A stretch of DNA of 54,984 bases. Origin: Ornithinicoccus sp. Lineage in GTDB: Bacteria; Actinomycetota; Actinomycetes; Actinomycetales; Dermatophilaceae. Positions 40,624-50,215 of this stretch are shown one piece after another (position 1 is the stretch's first letter; every line of letters begins with the position of its first letter). Under the pieces are notes generated by a model that was given only the letters and a program-made list of their open reading frames with translations, did not search any database and was not told where the DNA came from. The stretch lies in assembly GCA_035303365.1 (NCBI GenBank), contig DATGRS010000140.1, forward strand, positions 1 through 54,984, read 5' to 3'. The position numbers and the translations under genes are program-made.

Positions 40624-41034
40624 TCAGTCGCTGAGGTCGTCCCCGTCGACGTAGACCCAGCGCCCGGCGCGCCGGGCGAACCGGCTGCGCTCGTGCATCT
40701 CGCCGCGCTCGTCGCCCAGCTGGTAGCGCGCCCGGAACTCGACCTCGCCCTCCGCGTCCGCCGGACCGCCGTCGGTCGTCGCCACCACCTCGAGCCCCCG
40801 CCACACCAGTCCCTCGTCGGCCCCCACATCGGCCGGACGGGTACGGGCGTGCCAGGTGCGGAAGACGTGGTCGAACTCGCCCAGCGCGTAGGCGGAGTAG
40901 CGCGACCGCATCAGCTCCTCCGCGGTCACCGCGAGCCTCTCCTGCCGGTGCAGGGGAGCGCAGCACACGGCATACGCCTCGCCGGTGCCGCACGGGCACG
41001 GGCCGCCGTCGGGAAGGCCTAGTGATCCGCTCAC
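40624..41034 (-). CDS. YchJ family protein (SEC-C motif)
   Basis: CPCG...CC, AEELMRSRYSAY, HERSRF, WVYVDG. Confidence 0.9.
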   Translation of the reverse strand: MSGSLGLPDGGPCPCGTGEAYAVCCAPLHRQERLAVTAEELMRSRYSAYALGEFDHVFRTWHARTRPADVGADEGLVWRGLEVVATTDGGPADAEGEVEFRARYQLGDERGEMHERSRFARRAGRWVYVDGDDLSD

Positions 41035-41162
41035 GGACCCACCCTAGGCAGGGGCGCGATGAGTCGTCTCACGCACTGACCCGCGGTCCCCCCGCCGCAA
41101 CCGCTCCCGCCGTCGTTCGTCAATGTCGTCCGACCGCTCGAGCCCGTTCTAGGGTTGCCGCC

Positions 41163-42659
41163 ATGAGACTCGGTGACCTCGCGGCCGCACTCGACCTCCC
41201 CCTCGAGTCGGGTGGGGACGTCGAGGTCACCGGCGTCACCCACCAGGCCGACTGGGCCGGGCCGGGCGACGCGTTCGTGGCGGTGCGTGGCGCCCGGGTC
41301 GATGGACACACCTTCATCGGGCAGGCCGTTGAGCGCGGTGCGGTGGCGGTGCTCGGCGAGGGGCTGCCCGAGGGCCTCGACTGCCCGGTGCCGTATGTCG
41401 TGGTGCCGGGTGCGCGGGCCGCGCTCGCCGACGCGGCGGCCGAGCTCGCCGGTCACCCGAGCCGTGCCCTGCAGATCCTCGGCGTGACCGGCACCGACGG
41501 CAAGACCACGACGTCCTGCCTGGCGCGGCACCTGCTGCGCCATGCCGGTCGCGCGACGGGCCTGCTCTCCACCATCGGCTACGAGTTGCCGGACGGGGTG
41601 CTGCGCCAGCCGCCAACGCACTTCACGACCCCAGAGGCGCCGCAGGTGCAGCAGATCCTGGCCGACGAGCTCGGGGCCGGCGCGCAGGCGGTCGTCGTCG
41701 AGTCCTCGAGCCACGCCCTCGCGCTGGACCGGGTCCGCGGGGTCGACTTCGACGTCGCGGTCTGGACGAACCTGACCGGTGAGCACCTGGACTTCCACGG
41801 CTCGATGGAGGGCTACTTCGCCGACAAGGCCAAGCTTGTCCAGCGGGCCCGGCACGCGGTCCTCAACCTGGACGACCCGTGGACCGAGCGGTTGCTGCCG
41901 ATGGCCGCCAGCCACACGACATACTCCGCCGAGGGCACGGACGCAGACTGGTGGGCGACCGACATCGTCGAGGCTGCAGAGCAGCTGCGCTTCCGGCTAC
42001 ACACGCCGCAGGGGTCGTTCGATGCGGCCCTGCCGATGATCGGTCGGTTCAACGTCGCCAACGCCCTCGCCGCGATGGCGGGCGTGCACGTCCTGGGGGC
42101 CGACGTGCCGACGCTGGTTGCGGGCCTCGCGATGTTCGGTGGCGTGCCGGGACGGATGGAGATGGTCGAGCGGGCCGCGGGCGAGCCGCGGGTGATCGTG
42201 GACTTCGCGCACACGCCCCCGAGCCTGGAGAAGGCGCTCTCGACGGTCCGGGTCACGACCGAGGGTCGGCTGTGGGTGGTGCTCGGCTCGGCAGGGGGGC
42301 CGCGAGACCCGTCGAAGCGGGCTCCGCTCGGCGACGTCGCGACGGCGATGGCCGACGTGGCCGTGTTCACCGAGGAGGACCACCGCGACACACCGCTGCG
42401 GGACATCCTCGACGAGATGGAGCGCGGGGCGCGCGGGGCGGGGCGCGACAACTACCTCTCGATCGGCGACCGGCGGGAGGCAATCGAGTATGCCGTGTGC
42501 TCGGCCAGTCCCTCCGACACCGTCGTCCTGGCCGGCAAGGGACCGGAGGAGACGCTGGAGCGGGACACCGAGACGATCCCGTGGGACGAGATGTCGGAGG
42601 CGCGTGCTGCCCTGACCGTGCGGCGATCAACGCTCGCCGGCGAACACGAGGAGCACTGA
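41163..42659 (+). CDS. murE: UDP-N-acetylmuramoyl-dipeptide--diamino acid ligase, stand-alone, atypical specificity motif
   Basis: GVTGTDGKTT, TTPE, ESSSHAL, TNLTGEHLDFH, GRME, VDFAHTP, AGKG; EDHR in place of DNPR. Confidence 0.9.
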   Translation: MRLGDLAAALDLPLESGGDVEVTGVTHQADWAGPGDAFVAVRGARVDGHTFIGQAVERGAVAVLGEGLPEGLDCPVPYVVVPGARAALADAAAELAGHPSRALQILGVTGTDGKTTTSCLARHLLRHAGRATGLLSTIGYELPDGVLRQPPTHFTTPEAPQVQQILADELGAGAQAVVVESSSHALALDRVRGVDFDVAVWTNLTGEHLDFHGSMEGYFADKAKLVQRARHAVLNLDDPWTERLLPMAASHTTYSAEGTDADWWATDIVEAAEQLRFRLHTPQGSFDAALPMIGRFNVANALAAMAGVHVLGADVPTLVAGLAMFGGVPGRMEMVERAAGEPRVIVDFAHTPPSLEKALSTVRVTTEGRLWVVLGSAGGPRDPSKRAPLGDVATAMADVAVFTEEDHRDTPLRDILDEMERGARGAGRDNYLSIGDRREAIEYAVCSASPSDTVVLAGKGPEETLERDTETIPWDEMSEARAALTVRRSTLAGEHEEH

Positions 42660-42767
42660 GGCGCGCATTGGCCAGCGGTTCGTCGAGCTGCGGCATCTAC
42701 GGCCAGACAGTCAGCCGGGTCTCCGCCCGTCAGCAGGTTCGACCGTCAGGCGACTGCGGAACGGTGA

Positions 42768-43187
42768 TCAGCACCAGATGTCGGTAGCCGGCTCGTCCGC
42801 CGCCACGACCCGGTCGCACGTCGGGCACCAGGGACGGGTCTGCACCGCAGACCCGCAGGCCCCGTGCATCACACCACCGGCCTGACCCTCGCGCTGGGCG
42901 CCCCACTCGGCCAGCGCCGCCACCGTCCCGGCAAGGCTGTTCCCGGCCTCGGTGAGGGCGTAGCGCATGCGCAGGGGGCGACGATGGTAGGGGACGGCGG
43001 TGACGACGCCCTCGCTGCTGAGCGTGCGCAGGCGTGCCGTGAGCACGTTGGGCGCGATGCCCTCCACCTGCGCTGCCAGCTCGGAGAAGGTGCGCTCGCC
43101 CTGCAGCAGCACCGCGATGATCCGTAGGCTCCACCGGTCGCCGATCCTGCCGACCGCACTCTCCAGCGAGCTGGTGTCGATGGTCAT
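42768..43187 (-). CDS. HxlR-family winged-helix transcriptional regulator
   Basis: IGDRWSLRII, FSEL, VLTARL, YALTEAG; C-terminal H-x2-C...C-x2-C. Confidence 0.9.
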   Translation of the reverse strand: MTIDTSSLESAVGRIGDRWSLRIIAVLLQGERTFSELAAQVEGIAPNVLTARLRTLSSEGVVTAVPYHRRPLRMRYALTEAGNSLAGTVAALAEWGAQREGQAGGVMHGACGSAVQTRPWCPTCDRVVAADEPATDIWC

Positions 43188-43206
43188 GCGCCCATCCTAG
43201 AGCCAC

Positions 43207-43233
43207 TAGTCACTTGCGATTCGCAAGTGACTA
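43207..43233. promoter_or_regulatory. Perfect 27-bp palindrome TAGTCACTTGCGA-T-TCGCAAGTGACTA, probable HxlR operator
   Basis: 13-bp perfect arms between the divergent hxlR-like and protease genes. Confidence 0.75.
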
Positions 43234-43296
43234 TGTTGCGATGAGCCTAGGCGGATGCTTTCCAGGCGGTCGCGGTTCAGCGAAGGAGTGAGAGTG

Positions 43297-44193
43297 ATGG
43301 ACGCAATCCAGGAGCTTGAGGACACGGTCCGGTCGACGACGGAGGCGTGCGCACCGTCCGTGGTCTCCATCGGGAGGCGAGGGCGAGGCACCGGTTTCGT
43401 CGTGGCCGACGGACGCGTGCTCACCAACGCGCACAACCTCCGCGACCGCACCACTGAGGTTGGTTTCGCCGACGGACGGCGAGCGCAGGGCTCACTGCTG
43501 GGCAGCGACGTCGACGGTGACCTTGTGGTGCTCGAGGTGGACACCGCCGGAGCGCCTGCTCTGGCGTGGGCCGACCAACCGGCCCAGCCGGGCGACGTCG
43601 TGCTGGCCGTGACTGCCGGCCGGCATGCGGTGCGGGTGACCTGGGGCCAGGTCACCGGGTCCGAGCGTGGGTTCCGCGGTCCGCGCGGCCGCCCCGTCCA
43701 CGGGGCGATCGAGCACACCGCCCCGGCGGCCGCGGGCTCCTCCGGAGCGCCCGTGGTCAACCGTGACGGTGGCGTGGTCGGCGTGAACACGCACCGCCTG
43801 GAGCACGGCTTCTATCTCGCCCGAGCCGCCGACTCCGAGCTCCGGGAGGCCGTGACCGCGATGCAGAGCGGACATCGTCTTGAGCCGGTGCGCCTGGGAG
43901 TCGCCCTCGCCGCCGCCGCGCACGCACGCCAGCTGCGCCGAGCGGTCGGTCTCGCAGATCGCGACGGCGTACTGGTGCGGACCGTCGCTGAAGGATCTCC
44001 CGCTCAGGCGGCCGGGATCACCGTCGGCGACCTGCTCGTTGCGGCGGCCGGCCGGTCGTTGTCCACCCCGGATGATGTGTTCGCTGTCCTCGACGCGGTC
44101 CGGCCGGGGGAGGAACTGTCCGTCGACCTGGTCCGCGGCGACACGGAGCACACCGTGACCGTGAGCTTCCCGGAGCGGACCACCGACGGCTGA
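43297..44193 (+). CDS. S1C (HtrA/DegP-like) serine protease with PDZ domain, no signal peptide
   Basis: GTGF, LTNAH, DLVVL, GSSGAP, GSPAQAAGI; AAGGAG ribosome-binding site. Confidence 0.85.
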   Translation: MDAIQELEDTVRSTTEACAPSVVSIGRRGRGTGFVVADGRVLTNAHNLRDRTTEVGFADGRRAQGSLLGSDVDGDLVVLEVDTAGAPALAWADQPAQPGDVVLAVTAGRHAVRVTWGQVTGSERGFRGPRGRPVHGAIEHTAPAAAGSSGAPVVNRDGGVVGVNTHRLEHGFYLARAADSELREAVTAMQSGHRLEPVRLGVALAAAAHARQLRRAVGLADRDGVLVRTVAEGSPAQAAGITVGDLLVAAAGRSLSTPDDVFAVLDAVRPGEELSVDLVRGDTEHTVTVSFPERTTDG

Positions 44194-44263
44194 GCACCGC
44201 CGGACCGGATCCCCCAGCATCAGCTCGTGCCCATGGCCCCTTACTCTGCCGTGTCAGCAGCAC

Positions 44264-44554
44264 TCAGCGGGCGGGTTTGTTGGCCTTCCCGTCCAGCCAC
44301 AGCACATCTGACTCGTCGCGGTGGCTGCCCGTGGCACCGACGTGCTTGCTGTTGATCTGCGGTCCGTTCTTGACCACGTGCACCAACGCCATGGCGTGGC
44401 CGTGCCCGAGCCCGTGGGTGCGCTTGAGCCAGTCGGCGATCTCTGCGGACTTCGTGTCCTCGTCGAAACCCTGGTCGTGCGCCTGGTCGATGAGCTGACG
44501 AGGCGTAAGGCCGGTCTTGTCCTCAATGCTGTCCAGGTACGCCTGGAATGACAT
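44264..44554 (-). CDS. DUF4287 domain protein
   Basis: MSFQAYLDSIEDKTG, WLK...GLGHGHAMALV. Confidence 0.8.
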   Translation of the reverse strand: MSFQAYLDSIEDKTGLTPRQLIDQAHDQGFDEDTKSAEIADWLKRTHGLGHGHAMALVHVVKNGPQINSKHVGATGSHRDESDVLWLDGKANKPAR

Positions 44555-44630
44555 CGCTGCTCCTCTAGTTTGTGGCGTTGCCGAGTCCTGCGCGAGGGTC
44601 ACTCGGGTAGACGCGGTTCGACGCAGAACT

Positions 44631-45749
44631 TCATCGGTGGGTCACCGGAGCCCCGTCACCGAAGGCTGCTCGCACCTCCGCCGGAGCGATCTCGGCCACC
44701 GACGCGTCGACCCAGGCAGGAGCATTGTCCTTGTCGACGAGCAGTGCCCGGACGCCCTCGACGAAGTCGGGGTGACTGACAAAGCGTCGGCACAGCACCG
44801 CGTCCTGGGCGAGCACCTCGTGCACGTCCATGTCCCGCGCGCGGCGGATCGCCGCCAGGGTGATCGCCACGGAGTGAGGCGAGCGCGCGGCCAGGACCTC
44901 GCCCGCCGCGTTGGCTGCCGGGTCGGCGTAGCCGCGCAGCCGCTCCAGGATCGCTGCGGCGTCATCGCCGGCGTAGCACTCGTCGATCCAGCCGCGCTGC
45001 GACTCGAGCTCCGAGCGGGGAGCCACCTGGGGTTCCTCAGCGGCGGAACCGTCCGTTGCATCGGGTTCGTCACTCTCCACAATCACCTCACCGAGCGCAG
45101 TTGCCAGATCGGCGAGCACCTTCGCCTTGTCGGCCACCGCCACCACCCCGTCCGCGAGGCCCAGAAGCACCGCATCTGCTGGTCCCACCGTCAGCCCGGT
45201 CAGCGCCACGTGCGTCCCGAGCTCACCGGGCGCGTGCGCGAGGTGATACAGCCCGCCCACGTCCGGGAAGAACCCGATGATCGTCTCCGGCATGGCCACC
45301 ATGGCGCGCTGAGTGACCAGCCGCTGCGACCCGTGAGCCGAGATCCCGACGCCGCCCCCCATCACCACGCCGTCCATCCACGCGACATACGGCTTGGGGT
45401 AGTCGGCGATGAGGGCGTTCAGGGCGTACTCCAGCTCCCAGAACCGCATCGCGGCCGCCTCGTCACCGGCCAGGATGAGCTCACGGAGGGCTCGCACGTC
45501 GCCCCCTGCGCACAGCCCCTTGTCGCCGGCCCCGTCGATGAACACCGCACCCACCGTCTCGTCGGCGGCCCACTGAGTGAGCTGCACGAGCATCGACTCA
45601 CACATGGCGGTGGTCAGTGAGTTCACCGCTCGCGGGCGGTTGAGGCGCACCCGACCGATCCGGTGCGTGACGGCATACTCCACGTCGGTCGTGTGACCGG
45701 TGGCCGGCGCGAACGTGGCGGGGGCGGGGATCGGATCGGTCATGGACAC
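44631..45749 (-). CDS. Enoyl-CoA hydratase/3-hydroxyisobutyryl-CoA hydrolase family
   Basis: LNRPRAVNSL, CAGGDV, MGGGVG, MPETIIGFFPDVG, DFVEGVRA. Confidence 0.9.
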   Translation of the reverse strand: MSMTDPIPAPATFAPATGHTTDVEYAVTHRIGRVRLNRPRAVNSLTTAMCESMLVQLTQWAADETVGAVFIDGAGDKGLCAGGDVRALRELILAGDEAAAMRFWELEYALNALIADYPKPYVAWMDGVVMGGGVGISAHGSQRLVTQRAMVAMPETIIGFFPDVGGLYHLAHAPGELGTHVALTGLTVGPADAVLLGLADGVVAVADKAKVLADLATALGEVIVESDEPDATDGSAAEEPQVAPRSELESQRGWIDECYAGDDAAAILERLRGYADPAANAAGEVLAARSPHSVAITLAAIRRARDMDVHEVLAQDAVLCRRFVSHPDFVEGVRALLVDKDNAPAWVDASVAEIAPAEVRAAFGDGAPVTHR

Positions 45750-45776
45750 AGACCCTACGCACGTACACTTCCGCGC

Positions 45777-46646
45777 ATGGGAAAGGCATCACGACGCAAG
45801 CGCCAGACCGAGGGCACGAAGGCGCCGGCCCGCGCGCCGTTCGTCAACCGACCGTTCGAGGGGCTGGCCAACGAGACCGACTGGGTCGCGATGCGCGAGA
45901 TCATCCCGGCGGCCACCGCCAAGGTCACCATGGAGCTGAACGGCAGCCCGCAGGAGGTCACCCTCGTGTCGGTGCTGCCTGGTGCCATGCCGGCGATCCA
46001 CCGTGCGGACGGCGAGGTCATGGTCGCGATGCAGTCACGCAGCCACAGTGGGGACGCGAGCCGCGACATCGTGGTCGCCGCGCAGACCGCGGTCGCCACC
46101 GAGCCCGGTCAGCCCGTGCCGGCAGTCCCTACTGCCACCGCCGACACCCCGCGGTTGCAGGACGTGCTGGCCGACGGCACCGAGCTCGTGGTCGAGGTGC
46201 ACGACGACTTCAGCTTCTGGATCGCCGAGGAGGACGCCACCCCCGAGGTCATGGAGTCCCTCGAGCAGACCAACGCGGCCGCGGTGCCGACCGTGCCGGT
46301 GCCGGAGCGCCCGTCGACCTACTGGTGCAAGATGAGCGACCGCACCTACGTCCGCTGGATCGTGGGCGACGACGAGGACGCCGCCACCAAGGCCCTGGCG
46401 CGACTGCAGGCCGCCGGTGAGCACACCCTCGGCGAGGGCACGGCCCTGCTGGGCGCGTTCCGGGCCGCCGGCCTGCTCGTGCCGGTGCTCGAGGTCGACC
46501 CGGCGACCGACCCCGCCGACTTGACCGGACCACTTCAGGAGCTGGCCGACCGCTACGCCGCGGCGCTGGCGAAGAACGAGCCCCTGACCCCGGAGGAGCG
46601 ACGGGCCCGCGACGGCCTGGTCAGCCGGCAGGTCACGCTGCGTTGA
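45777..46646 (+). CDS. DUF5926-like conserved actinobacterial protein
   Basis: MGKASRRK, RPFEGL...DWVAMRE, GAFRAAGLLVPV, ERRARDGLVSRQVTLR. Confidence 0.75.
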   Translation: MGKASRRKRQTEGTKAPARAPFVNRPFEGLANETDWVAMREIIPAATAKVTMELNGSPQEVTLVSVLPGAMPAIHRADGEVMVAMQSRSHSGDASRDIVVAAQTAVATEPGQPVPAVPTATADTPRLQDVLADGTELVVEVHDDFSFWIAEEDATPEVMESLEQTNAAAVPTVPVPERPSTYWCKMSDRTYVRWIVGDDEDAATKALARLQAAGEHTLGEGTALLGAFRAAGLLVPVLEVDPATDPADLTGPLQELADRYAAALAKNEPLTPEERRARDGLVSRQVTLR

Positions 46647-47419
46647 GTATGCCGCCGGGCGCCGCCGCTGCACCGGCTCCCGAGCCTGGTGGTGACGGCC
46701 GGCCGCCGGAGCGGGTGGCCGCCGTCGTCCCGGCCAAGGACGAGGCGCAGCGCCTCGGGGCGACGCTGGAGGCGCTGTCGGCAGTCGAGTCCGTCGACCT
46801 CGTCGTCGTCGTGGACGACGGCAGCACTGACGAGACCCAGGCGATCGCGCGCGAGCACGGCGCCGCAACGATCCGTCACGAGACCAACATGGGCAAGGCC
46901 CGGGCCATGACCAGCGGCGCCGAGATGGTGCGCAGGCTGGAGGCCGAGGAGGGCCCGCAACGGACCGACCGCCCACGCGCCCTCCTCTTCGTCGACGCCG
47001 ATCTCGAGGACAGCGCGGCCAGTCTGGGTGTGCTGTGCGTGCCGGTGCTGGCCGGGGAGGCCGACATGGCGATCGCAACGTTGCCCCCGCAGCAGACCTC
47101 CGGTGGCGGTTTCGGCTTTGTCGTGCGCCTGGCCCGAGACGGCATCGTCCGGCTGACCGGGCGCCAGATGACCCAGCCGCTCAGCGGCATGCGGTGCCTG
47201 ACCCGTGAGTCCTTCGAGTCCGCGTTGCCGCTGGCCGAGGGCTGGGGCGTCGAGGTCGGGTTGACCGTCGACGTGCTGCGCAACGGTGGCCGCGTCGTCG
47301 AGGTCCCGGTCGAGCTGCACCACCGCGTGACCGGCCGCGACCTGCGCTCGCAGCTTCACCGGTTGCGTCAGTATCGCGACGTGCGGCGCGCCTTGCGGAC
47401 GCGTTCCCAGAGGGACTAG
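46643..47419 (+). CDS. Glycosyltransferase family 2
   Basis: VVPAKDE, VDDGSTD, FVDAD, QPLSGMR. Confidence 0.9.
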   Translation: MSMPPGAAAAPAPEPGGDGRPPERVAAVVPAKDEAQRLGATLEALSAVESVDLVVVVDDGSTDETQAIAREHGAATIRHETNMGKARAMTSGAEMVRRLEAEEGPQRTDRPRALLFVDADLEDSAASLGVLCVPVLAGEADMAIATLPPQQTSGGGFGFVVRLARDGIVRLTGRQMTQPLSGMRCLTRESFESALPLAEGWGVEVGLTVDVLRNGGRVVEVPVELHHRVTGRDLRSQLHRLRQYRDVRRALRTRSQRD

Positions 47420-47424
47420 GCGGC

Positions 47425-47488
47425 GCTCATCGGCTCATCGGCTCATCGGCTCATCGGCTCATCGGCTCATCGGCTCATCGGCTCATCG
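47425..47488. repeat. Perfect 8-bp tandem repeat (GCTCATCG)x8
   Basis: Eight contiguous exact copies after the GT2 stop codon. Confidence 0.95.
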
Positions 47489-47560
47489 CCGTCGCCGCGA
47501 CCGCTCATTGTCGCCGGTCACCCCCGCGCGGCACCTGAGTCGACCAGCTTGGCGGTCGAG

Positions 47561-47887
47561 TCACGCTGAGCAGTCGACCGCGATCCCGAGAGCGGTGCAG
47601 ACCCTTCGCATCGCTGCGTCGCTGAGACGTCCCAGCCGTCGGATGAGCACGGTCACCGGCAGATCGGTCACTGAGTCGAGCTGGACCACGCAGTGACGGT
47701 GCACTGGCTCCTTCGTCGGATCCAGGAGCACCTCGCTGGGCAGCCCGCGGATGATCGTGCTGCACGGCGCCACGATGGCGCGTCGGCGCCCCAGGACTGC
47801 CGCATCGCGACTGACGACAACCACCGGCCGGGCCCCCGCGTCGTCGAGGTCGGCCCACCAGAGCTCCCCCCGGGCAGGGGCGTCCAT
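47561..47887 (-). CDS. mazF: Type II toxin, MazF/PemK family (MazF5-like)
   Basis: RGELWW...RPVVVVSRD...VAPCST...LGRL; closely recalls M. tuberculosis MazF5. Confidence 0.9.
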   Translation of the reverse strand: MDAPARGELWWADLDDAGARPVVVVSRDAAVLGRRRAIVAPCSTIIRGLPSEVLLDPTKEPVHRHCVVQLDSVTDLPVTVLIRRLGRLSDAAMRRVCTALGIAVDCSA

Positions 47888-47889
47888 CG

Positions 47890-48129
47890 TCAGCGCCTCG
47901 ATGCCGCATCGAGGAAGGAGGCCAGGTCGCCCCACTGGTCGTCGATGTCCACCGGAGCTGCCCGATAGGCCTCGAGGTACGCACGGTCCACCTCGGCCGC
48001 CCGATGCTGCCGCAGGAGTGCCTCCAGCGCCGCCTCCAGGAGTGAGGCATCCGTCGGGCCGCCGTGGGTGGCGCGGGCCCGTGCGAGCAGGTCGGCGTCG
48101 ACCGTCGTGCTTAGCCGGACCTTAGGCAT
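47890..48129 (-). CDS. mazE: Type II antitoxin (MazE5-like)
   Basis: RLSTTVDADLL...DASLLEAAL...EVDRAY...DQWGDLAS; directly upstream of the toxin. Confidence 0.85.
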   Translation of the reverse strand: MPKVRLSTTVDADLLARARATHGGPTDASLLEAALEALLRQHRAAEVDRAYLEAYRAAPVDIDDQWGDLASFLDAASRR

Positions 48130-48136
48130 GCCACGA

Positions 48137-50215
48137 TTATGCCACAGTCCTGCTACGAACCTCGGGCTCCGGCCCATGGCGTCCTGCCCCGACGGCGATG
48201 GCGGCAGCTATGGCGACAGCGAGGCCTATCCCCACGATGGCGATGCCCGAGTCGTTGAGCGCCCAGCCGATCGTCACGCAGGTCAGCACCGCCACGGCGG
48301 TCGGGCGCAGCAGCGGTACCTGCCACAGCGGCGCAATGCGGCGTCCGGGCAACGAGCCGGGGGAAGCCACCGCCCAGACCAGGGCCACGAGCACAAGTAC
48401 GGCAACCCACGAGACGGGATAGCGGACCAGGATCCCCAGGCTCTGGTCGAGCTTGCGGAGCACGATGTCGACCGCGCCGCCGTCGATGACCGACTGCAGG
48501 AAGTCACCCAGATGCGTCCGCGAACCGGCCGGCCGCAGCCAGTCCAGGAGCATCAGCGCCCCAGCCACGACGACGGCTGCGGCCGCGATCAGCAAGGCAC
48601 GCACCGGGGTCAGTCGGATCTCCGCCGCGGCCAGCCCGAGGACGCCGACGGCCACGACGAGCGCCGGTACCCCTCCGAAGTCCGCCCCCCACACTGGCGC
48701 TCCGTCCACCAGCACCAGCAGCACGCCCAGCACCCCCACCACGAGCACCGCAGCACTCCGCCGAGCCATCGGGCGGGACCGGAGCAGGGAGGCCAGGAAC
48801 CCGGCGAGGAGCAGACCTGACACCGCGAAGATGCCGTAGCCCACGTTGCCCATCCCGTGGAACCGTCCCGCAGTCACGGGCTGCACCCCGAGCATCGAGA
48901 TCAGACCCAGCCGTCCTCCCAGGACCACGTCGACACCGAGCACCACGACGGTCAGCGCCGCCACGACGATGGGTGGCCCCAGCGGGTGACGACGCCACGG
49001 GCCGGCCATCGCCAGGCCCACCTGCACGGCGACCCACAGCACGATCACCGCGACCAACGCAGCCCACCGCGGCTCGGCGCGCCACCACGGGACCACGCCG
49101 GCCAGGAACGCCGCCGAGGAGAACGCCATCGCGGCGAGACCCAGGAGCCGCAGCTCGGTGCGGCGACGCGCCACGGCCAGCGCTGCCAGGGCCACGAGCG
49201 CCAGCAGCACACCGACGCCCAGCACCGGGTATGCCAGCGCCTTGGCCGCATCCGTCGACTCGGTCAGGTCCTGGAGGGTCGTGACGCGTTCGGCCGCTGA
49301 CGCGGACTGCGGCACGATGCCCAGCTCGGCCCCGCTCACGGCGTCCGGCACCTGGGCGCCCGCCAGGGTCAGGACGGTTGCCGTCAGGTCGGTGGTCTGC
49401 ACGAGGTTGGTCTGTCGGGTCGTGGTCGACCGCAGGGCGCCTGGCTCCATGCCCTCCTGCCAGACGACTGCGGAGCGCACCCCCGCGCGGTCCTCGCGGT
49501 CGGCCTGACCTGCCACCACCAGCGTCGCCTGGTCCGGCAGACGCTCTCGCAGGTTCGCCAGCTCGGCGTCCAGCGCCGAGGCATCTGCTGCGCCGGAGAC
49601 CACACCACCGTCCACCAGCGTGATGGCACAGCCGCCCGGGGCGTATGCCGACAGGCCACCGTCCCGGTAGTCGCGCGCAACCCCGTCGGTCGCCCCGCCG
49701 AGGGCGGCCAGCGGCCCGACCGTCGTGACGCACCCACCGGCCCGCTCAAGGGACTCCGCCAGCGTGCCCAGCTCGGCGTCGAGGGGCCGCCTGTCGGCGG
49801 CCGCCTGCCACGAGTCCCAGGCAGGAACGGTCGCGGTCTCACCGGAGACTGAGAGGTCCGGCACGTCAGTGCAGTCCTGCACCCCGTCGTCGTTCGCGGC
49901 CGCGCGCTGGCCGGCAGACAGGGTCAACCACCCATCGGCTGGGCAGGTGACCTCGTGGGCACCGCGGACAATCAGCCCAGCCGAGGCGCCCTCACCGGTC
50001 AGCACCCACAGCGTCGGCGTGCCGGACTCGCTGATGTCCGACCACGTCAGCCCTGGCGCTCCGACGACCACGACCTCGCCGGTGCTCGCGAGCGGGACGG
50101 TGTCGTCGTCAGTGGTCCCAAGCCCCAGGAGTGACCACAACATGGCGCTGCCCAGGAAGAGCACGACCAATCCGAACACCGCCCACGCGAAGCGGCGCCC
50201 GGACGACTCGGTCAT
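48137..50215 (-). CDS. Membrane protein with extracellular alkaline-phosphatase-like domain and many C-terminal TM helices
   Basis: VVGAPGLTWSDI, CPADGWLTLSAG, TDLTATVL, GRFHGMGN, GADFGG, LNDSG. Confidence 0.7.
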   Translation of the reverse strand: MTESSGRRFAWAVFGLVVLFLGSAMLWSLLGLGTTDDDTVPLASTGEVVVVGAPGLTWSDISESGTPTLWVLTGEGASAGLIVRGAHEVTCPADGWLTLSAGQRAAANDDGVQDCTDVPDLSVSGETATVPAWDSWQAAADRRPLDAELGTLAESLERAGGCVTTVGPLAALGGATDGVARDYRDGGLSAYAPGGCAITLVDGGVVSGAADASALDAELANLRERLPDQATLVVAGQADREDRAGVRSAVVWQEGMEPGALRSTTTRQTNLVQTTDLTATVLTLAGAQVPDAVSGAELGIVPQSASAAERVTTLQDLTESTDAAKALAYPVLGVGVLLALVALAALAVARRRTELRLLGLAAMAFSSAAFLAGVVPWWRAEPRWAALVAVIVLWVAVQVGLAMAGPWRRHPLGPPIVVAALTVVVLGVDVVLGGRLGLISMLGVQPVTAGRFHGMGNVGYGIFAVSGLLLAGFLASLLRSRPMARRSAAVLVVGVLGVLLVLVDGAPVWGADFGGVPALVVAVGVLGLAAAEIRLTPVRALLIAAAAVVVAGALMLLDWLRPAGSRTHLGDFLQSVIDGGAVDIVLRKLDQSLGILVRYPVSWVAVLVLVALVWAVASPGSLPGRRIAPLWQVPLLRPTAVAVLTCVTIGWALNDSGIAIVGIGLAVAIAAAIAVGAGRHGPEPEVRSRTVA

